Source: Macrostomum lignano (lineage: Eukaryota). From it: a stretch of 64,000 nucleotides of DNA. Below are positions 56,226 through 64,000 of the stretch, piece after piece (position 1 is the first letter of the stretch; each line of letters starts with the position of its first letter). The position numbers and the translations under genes were made by a program. Under the pieces are notes generated by a model that made no database searches, was not told the DNA's origin, and saw only the letters and a program-made list of their open reading frames with translations. The stretch spans positions 62,001 through 126,000 of the forward strand of contig NIVC01002312.1 in the NCBI GenBank assembly GCA_002269645.1, read 5' to 3'.

Positions 56226-59074
56226 ATTGCCATCAATCAGAGACCACTTCTTCATTTAATTTCAACAGTATGAGTTTACCCGCACCGCTCATTGTCAGCG
56301 GCCTTCTCATTAATTTTACTGAAATAATAATCTTATTGAATAGAATTTTCAATGACAAAGAGAGGTCCACAGTGCCCACCCACTCTAATCCTAGCCAAGC
56401 CGCCCCATTCTTCTCGGGGGTTCAGGATTTGAGCGACTGGCTGCCATTGGCTCAGGCGCCTGGCCAATAGGAAGCGGTCCCAATTATAATTGGGGACTTT
56501 AAGCTGTGCAGAGTATTAATAGATAACCCACACCCGTTGGGGGAGCGAGGCCCAGATCAAGGCAGGAAGGAGTCGAACTCGAATTAGGGAATATAAGCTT
56601 CAATTGTTCGAACAGACCGTATCAGAGCGCTGCACACCACAATGCTGGCTGTCTGCATTTGATTGTCATTTGGACCTGACTATTAATTGTTCATCAAGAT
56701 CTTGTCATCAAGAACTCGGCGATTCGCACAATTGGATCAAAGGTGAGTTGTGCTCAGATAGAAAATTAACATAATTGTGTATGATTTGATTAAATTTATA
56801 CGGGCTAAGTTGACCAGCACAATAATTCTGATCAGCTCTACCGGCTTCTGTTTCAAATTGTTTTCATTTCGAAAAGCAGAAAAATCTGCTGATAGGATAA
56901 TTCTGCTTTTGTGCTGATTTTTTTTACCTGCGGGTCAAAATCACGGGGAGCGGAGATGTGGCTGCAGATTTGCCTTTGTATCTGTCACAGTTGACCAATA
57001 CTGGCTGCTAGTTATGTAGTTAAAGGAATTATAAAAATTATATGTTCAATTTCCCAGCAAGCTGATCAACATTTTACAGCTTACTGGTATAATGCAATTT
57101 TGTGGCTTAGGTAGAGGTATGGTAAAAAAATACGCAAAGTGTGATTGACCTCTATGCCGTCTATCTAGTGCTTGACAGAGGACAGAAGTCCTTACATAGG
57201 CTATGGGTTGGCTGGCCCAGTGCTACTTTATTAATACCAGGTGCCATAGCCCTTCCTGGCACCAAAAATACGCTTTAATTTCCTCTCGCCAAAGTCATTT
57301 ATTTCACGACTGGGGTTTTATTGCCTGCAAAGCGCTCCCGCTTTGTGGCCTCAGTCAGATCAGGAAGGTGCTAAAACTGCGGGGATTTAATCCCCTTCTC
57401 CAGCACAAAAGTCAGATTAACGATCTTTTGGGAATCTATAAAAACATTGAATGAGTCTGAGATTGGGAAAAAGTTGAAATTTCTCCTATTTGTTTCTTTG
57501 AATAGAACCAGCAAAGTATTAATAGATTTTCTAGGGAATCTTTGAGTTCTCAGAGGAATCAGCCATGCTCAGTGGCCCTTCAGCCCGGCAACTACTACAG
57601 ATGAAGTATGAAGGGATTTGCTTTCACTGCACAAGCAGGGAGTTAAATCACAGGCTTGGTTGCTGGGTGGGGGTGTTAGCTGGGAAGATATCCCAGATCC
57701 CCAGTGGTATGCTGCGGAGCTGCGCGAATCTAAGGGCGGGGGGAGAAATGAAAAATTCATTTTCCAAGAAATTGACTCGGGCAGCTCGGGCAGGAGAATC
57801 GGGTGCGGGGAGGGAGATGCGGAATTGAGGATTTTGAATGGGATTTAGAAGGACTTATTAAAGCAGCTAGGGATTGCTGTGCACTACGGCACCAAAAAGT
57901 GTTTGGTTCCCTCAAGCACCACCAACAGCAATATTATGGGCAAGCAACGGAAGAAAACTGGAAGCTAGTGGCAAAGTCTCTTCAAAAAAAGTCGTTAACC
58001 GGAATTTCGGCCACAAACAATGGCAATGCGCTTCTGCCGTTGGCCCCTCGGCTTCTGTTGCGCAAAATGCCACACGGAAAGGAGGGTCTTCATCGTAAAT
58101 CTTCAAATAGCAATGGAAAATAAATTGGCAAGGAGGCAAATATAGATTGGATTTGCAGTGCTGTTGGAACCTGGGTTCTTGCGTTGCCATGCGGCGGAGC
58201 TCCATTTCAGTGTAAAGTGCTTTTTGAGCTTCTCTATATTAGCTGAATGGAGACTGGTAGAACTCCGTAGATCATGGGGGGAATTCGAATTCGAGTTCGA
58301 ATAGCGGAAGTGCCGAGGCTGCAAACCCGTAAAAGAGTGATTTGTTGCAGTTGCATGTGTCTCGGTCTCGCACTGATGCGGCCAGGCCCAGATGCACAGA
58401 TAAACTAACTGCATTCGTTACCAAGGCTCAATTATGTCTGTCGCATTCTGGCTATCAGCTGAGAGCAGAGCGGCCTGGGACCAGGAGGAATGCCAAATGT
58501 TGAGGACTAAGGAATGAAGTGAGGAACATTTTAAACGGCTGTCTCTCGGGCGGCCCGCCGGGACTCCCCCCCATACTGCTAGTGAATATCATTATGCAAA
58601 GTGTGTTGCTGCGGCCGCTGCACCGGTGCATGAAATGACTCTATGGCCGGAGCTGGCCGGAGCTGGCCGGCAGAGCAGATTGCCTGCTCAGGTCCGAACT
58701 GGGCAAGTGTCGCTGGAGGAGAGAGGCCGCGTTGTCCTCCTGTTTTGCGGAGACAATTTCTGCAAACGACCAGCAGCCCCCGGGTTCCCCTGGGTCCATG
58801 AGAGTTCCCGCAGACTGTCCCCAGCAGCCTGAGGCTGCCGCTGCAGAGTCGGTCCGGCTTGGCAACTATTTTATGCAAATCAGCTGCGATCAGCCTGGTT
58901 GCTGGGGCACCATCAGCACAAATGGGATCTGCGAGACAAAAAACAGTTCAATTTGTCACTCGGTTTAATTCTGTGAGGTATTTTTCCCAACCCGAATTTT
59001 TCCCTTCCCAATCCCAAATTTTTGAACCCGAACTTCTTTCCAAACCTTTTTTTCTAAACCCAAAATTCCTACAG

Positions 59075-59445
59075 ACCGAAATGCCTCCGCCGAAATTCCC
59101 CCGAGATCGGAATTCCTCACCCGGAATTCCCCCAGATCGGAATTCCTCACCCGAAATTCCCCCAAGCGGGAATTCCTCACCCGAAATTCCTCCAAGCAGG
59201 AATTCCTCACCCGAAATTCCCCCAAGCAGGAATTCCTCACCCAAAATTCCCCCAAGCAGGAATTCCTCACCCGAAATTCCCCCAAGCAGGAATTCCTCAC
59301 CCGAAATTCCCCCAAGCAGGAATTCCTCACCCGAAATTCCCCCAAGCAGGAATTCCTCACCCGAAATTCCCCCAAGCAGGAATTCCTCACCCGAAATTCC
59401 TCCAAGCAGGAATTCCTCACCCGAAATTCCCCCGAACTCCGAATT
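59075..59445. repeat. 30-bp minisatellite (AATTCCTCACCCGAAATTCCCCCAAGCAGG)
   Basis: 10-aa periodicity (SRNSSPEIPP). Confidence 0.94.
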
Positions 59446-60092
59446 TTTTAACGCAGAAATTTCCAGAATTCCAAAGATTTGTCCCAATTCAAAATTCTCA
59501 AAGTTTCCCATTCTCATGAAAGCTTGAGTTCCCCAGAATATATCATATTCCCCCAATTTCCTCAATATGAGACACTGGTTGCTTATTTCCCAAAAATGAT
59601 GCTCCTAAATCCCAAGAAATATTACTGCCCCCAATATCAGCTCTGACCAGTGACCGTAGGAAAATTTAAGAATCCAGAAGTGAATAAAAACGAAGTGGGA
59701 GAGGCGGGAGGGAGGGAGGAGAGAGATATAGATATGAAAACGCGACTTTCCAATTAATTTCACTTGCACACTGACTGAGAAATTCGAGGGCGGGTGGGGT
59801 CTAGAGAGGGGATTCGGTCAGCTACTCATGATAAAACCACCGAAAGACTCTTTGGGAAATGTATCCACCCTTTCTGAGAAGCTGTGGTCCCTGAGTCGCT
59901 TAGCATTTGAGCACAAGATGAGGCCTGAATCGCGCAGCCTGTCTAGATATTAAAATTATCAATATGCTGTGCAGAGAGAGAGAGAGAGGGAAGGGGCGCC
60001 TTGGTTATTCTGTCTGTGTGTTTCTGTTAGCTTGAAGTGCGCTTTTCAATTTTCGGGAATTTTCATTTCTTAAAAATCTGCAGCTATGAGGG

Positions 60093-60094
<2 letters not shown>

Positions 60095-60189
<95 letters not shown>

Positions 60190-60190
60190 G
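60095..60190. repeat. (GA)n microsatellite
   Basis: Visible directly. Confidence 0.97.
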
Positions 60191-60614
60191 TTCAGTCAAG
60201 CCACTGGGTTTTGAGGACACAATTGCGGCACCTCGGGGGGGGTTTCTCAACCCGCTTGGCTGATTGATTGGGGCAAAGGGGGTGGAGGTTGCAGTAAGGC
60301 GCCTTTCTCTCTGTGTGACCGCCTGTAGGCTTGAGATCTGCAAGGAACTGCAGCCTGCCAGCTGTTGCAGCCGAGTAGATGGTAGGTGACGGATTTGAAT
60401 TTAACTGAATAAGCTACAAAATATAATATTGGCCGCTGTTTGCACCTACTTATAAAATACGATTTGAGCTGGGCAAACAGATTTTCCTGTGTGTACTCCG
60501 TCGCCTTGTCCGCCTTGTACTCAATGTCCGCATTTCTTATACTATTCTGGGTGTGACTCAGAAGTGCGGGAAACCTGTCATGCTATCCGTGACGCATGTG
60601 GCTGCTGACTCTCA

Positions 60615-61340
60615 ATTGTCGTTTGTATCTCTACCTTGTCTGTCTTTATCATGTCTGTCTCTACTTGTCTGTCTTTATCATGTCTGTCTTTACCTAGTCT
60701 ATCTCGATCGGGATCGTGTCTATTTCTACCTGTCTGTCTCTACCTGTCTGTCTCTACCTGTCTGTCTCTACCTGTCTGTCTCTACCTGTCTGTCTCTACC
60801 TTGTGTATTTCTACCTGTCTGTCTCTACCTGTCTGTCTCTACCTTGTCTATTTCTACCTAGTCTATCTCTACCTAGTCCATCTCTACCTAGTCTATCTCT
60901 ACCTAGTCTGTCTCTACCTAGTCTGTCTCTACCTAGTCTATCTCTACCTAGTCTATCTCTAGCTAGTCTATCTCTACCTAGTCTATCTCTACCTAGTCTA
61001 TCTCTACCTAGTCTATCTCTACCTAGTCTATCTCTACCTAGTCTATCTCTACCTAGTCTATCTCTACCTAGTCCATCTCTACCGTGTCTATTTCTACCTA
61101 GTCTATCTCTACCTAGTCTATCTCTACCTTGTCTATCTCTACCTAGTCTATCTCTACCTTGTCTATCCCTACCTAGTCTATCTCTACCTTGTCTATCTCT
61201 ACCTTGTCTATCTCTACCTAGTCTATCTCTACCTTGTCTATCTCTACCTTGTCTATCTCTACCGTGTCTATTTCTACCTAGTCTATCTCTACCTAGTCTA
61301 TCTCTACCTAGTCTATCTCTACCTAGTCTGTCTATAAATT
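60615..61340. repeat. 14/15-bp pyrimidine-rich minisatellite (CTCTACCTGTCTGT then CTCTACCTAGTCTAT)
   Basis: Visible directly. The unit switches from 14 to 15 bp near 60850. Confidence 0.93.
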
Positions 61341-64000
61341 GTCTGTCTGGCTCTTCTCTTTGTGCTTTTTGCTCTCTCTCTCTCTCTGACTGCATCTCTC
61401 TCTTAGCTCAGTGTTTGAGAACTTTCTGCTCTCACTGTGCCCTTACCCCGCTCTGTTTGTTTCTCTGTTTATCCCCAGCAACCTTATCTCAATCTCATTG
61501 TGGCTCCACTCGCAGCTTCACTCTCTCTCTTCATCCAGGTGAGCACTCTTCTGTTTCAGCGGCTCCTGCAGGCGCAGTGGCGCAAGATTAATTACCACAC
61601 GGGGGCCAGGCTAGGCTCCGCTTGCGGAAGTGGGCGATGAATTTCACTTAGGCAAGCACCAGCTTTGCTCCGTGTAATAATGAAAATTGAGTCTTCGACT
61701 CACTTTGTGTGCGTGTGTTTTCCCTGTCCCTTAAAATCCCACTCTGAGTCCAGTTGAAGTTCCCGTGGGAGCACCCGGAGCAGCGAAGAGAGCTGTCCTC
61801 ATCGTCAAAGCAGTCTCTGTCTCTCTCTCTTTCACTTATCTCTTCTTGTCAGCAGTCGCTGCAAAAGTGACAGCTTTCTCACTAGCTGCTGACAATCTGC
61901 TAAATTGTTTATTAATAATCATATTTTTTGAAGCAATCCAGGCCAAGTTGGCCTCAATATTCGCGTGACTTGCCAATTTTTCAATCCAGCAGCAGCATCG
62001 CTCTTGAGAGCGCATTTCCCCAAATCCCCGAGCCTCTTAAACCTGGCACGGCAACAAGAGGTGTTCAGCGCAGGGCGCTACAAAACACGCTGGGAGGGGC
62101 GGTGGGGGGGGGGGTAAACAGGTGAGAATTGGCGACGCCCCAGCATCCTCGGAGTCAAAAGGCTTCCACTTGAGCTTCTGCTTCCTGTCGCCCAGCCTCC
62201 CGCAACCAGCCTCATCCCTGCTCTCACGCGCAGCAGCTTACTCGAAGAGCCAAAAAGCAGCAATATATATCGCTGGCGCTGAAACTCCTTCAATCGAGCA
62301 CTTCTGGCATTTTAGGCTGGATTTTTCTGTTTCTCTCGCTACTTTCTTTTGCTTTGTTTGACGCGCATGCCACTAAGGAGCCATGGACTGCTGAAGCAGA
62401 AAATGAGCTGAGTTTTTGGTATCACTAGTGCGTTTAGTATGCTCTGAATAAAGCTTTTTTACCTCTTTTTTCTCGGTCGAGCCTGAGAGGTTGCTATGGC
62501 AACGGCAGGGCCCGACTTGTTGAGCTCTGATTCGGCAGAGCAAAAAATCACAATTCATTCTTTGCCCCGGGAGCAGAGGTTGGCAAACAGCAATAATGCT
62601 TGCATTTTTATCAGGCCCCTGTGTACTATAGGGGGTGTGTAAGTATTTGTGCAAGCCTATTGCTCGTCTACCCCCCCCCCCTCCTTACTCGTGTTTGTGC
62701 TGCTGTGTGCTGTTGGCTGCCTTGTCGTGAGCAGGAATACAAATGCCTGGCTGAGGTAGGCGTGGAACACTGCTGGGAGGGGCCGATAGAGAGGGGAGGT
62801 AAAGCCGTGTCGCGGCGGTTCCTCTCTACCTTGCCAACCGCAGAGCCTGCCAAGTGCTGTAAATTTGCATCTCAGCTTGAATGTTTTTCTGCGAGGTTGC
62901 CGGTCAGTTTCGACGCAGCTCCCCGCCAACTTTCCAATTGCAAGAGGGAGGGGGCCGGCGGCGGCTGTTTTCAGCCAAAACACTTCCAACTATTTGGGGT
63001 GGCTGACAGGAGAAAGTGGCCTGGAGGGGGGGGGCTATTTCTCCCAGAAATGATCGGCAGTGCATTTCCCAAAAGCACTCCGCAACCTTTTCAATGCCCA
63101 GCCGCTGAAACCCCCCCCCCTCGCTCAGCTGGCAACCAAACTTGAGCTGGCAATACTTTTCTCAATTCTTTTGACTTCATTCCGACAGTCCCCTTACTAG
63201 CTGTGTAGCGCTTCTCACCGCTTGACTGAGCTGCTCTCTCTCCGGGCTCGAGCTCTCTTGAGCACCCTTGAGAAGCTTCTGCTTCGGTCTCAAAGAGCAA
63301 GGATCCAAGGCTAAGTCCAAAGCCGGGAGGTACCGTTCCAAAACAGGAGTCTCTGTAGTTCCGCCAGCGAGAGTCGAGTACTTGGATGTTTGCAATGGGT
63401 TTTAACTGTCTGTTGTGCCTTTTTTGACTACTCGCAATTCCCAAGACGAATTCTCATTAGCGACCTCCGGGGGAGGGGCCGTTGCTCAGCGGCAGATGTC
63501 AGCGCCTGTCAACTGAGGACGCGGAATGCATAACGGAACCCGACTGCAAACAGTAGCAGCGGGAGATACCGGCTGATCTGAGCAAGAACGGAATCGGAGG
63601 GTTGCAGGAATCGGGGGGGGGGGTTCCGAACAACTGTTGCCAAGCAGAGCAGGGCTGATAAGGCTGCAGCAAATCCTCTGCTTGCATCAGCCGGGCAAAC
63701 AGGCCTCACAAACACACTCAACACACGCATGCTTGCACTGGTTGCGCAGGCAAACCTACGCTGCCTCTGTAGACATACGCGGGCATTTTTTTATTTCTTG
63801 GCAAAGCTTAACAAACCAGCCAACCCCCATCCCGTGACCTGACCTCCGCAAACGCGGGATCCCATCCGTGAAGATTACTCACGTCGCGTTATCAACCTTA
63901 GCCTAAGCTTAACCACGGCTGCATTCCGTTTATTCAGTTCGGTTAATAGACTTAGGGAGGGAAGAGGGTAGGGGGTCAGCTGGGACGGGACCTGGAATTC

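Noticed and set aside
58859-61591. Long ORFs with SRNSSPEIPP, LPSLS or RDRLG repeats
   Set aside because: They are products of the 30-bp and 14/15-bp minisatellites.
62600-63145. 181-aa ORF
   Set aside because: No recognisable motif, homopolymer G/C runs and no convincing splice or codon signal, so it is likely a chance ORF. The same applies to most short ORFs in 51-64 kb.

Overview
Eukaryotic genomic DNA with GT-AG introns and a very high density of tandem repeats. The style resembles a free-living flatworm such as Macrostomum, which is an inference only. I can support two genes, both on the + strand in the first 7.2 kb: a six-exon casein kinase II alpha (predicted 359 aa) and, 1.3 kb downstream, a single-ORF USB1 (U6 snRNA 2H-phosphodiesterase). 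The rest is about 20 unrelated minisatellites and microsatellites separated by short unique islands in which I could not recognise proteins. The standout structure is a 15.6-kb head-to-tail array of 57.5 apparently identical 272-bp units (19496-35139). It sits between two (CTAT)n tracts that share a rare diagnostic variant and look like a duplicated target site. The + strand of the unit folds into several RNA-like helices (GAAA tetraloop, G-U-rich 10-bp stem, Sm-like site between hairpins), and the - strand has flatworm spliced-leader-like features. It may be a recent rolling-circle concatemer of a small structured element or an array of a small ncRNA gene. Its identity is unresolved, and I found no known ribozyme core by eye.
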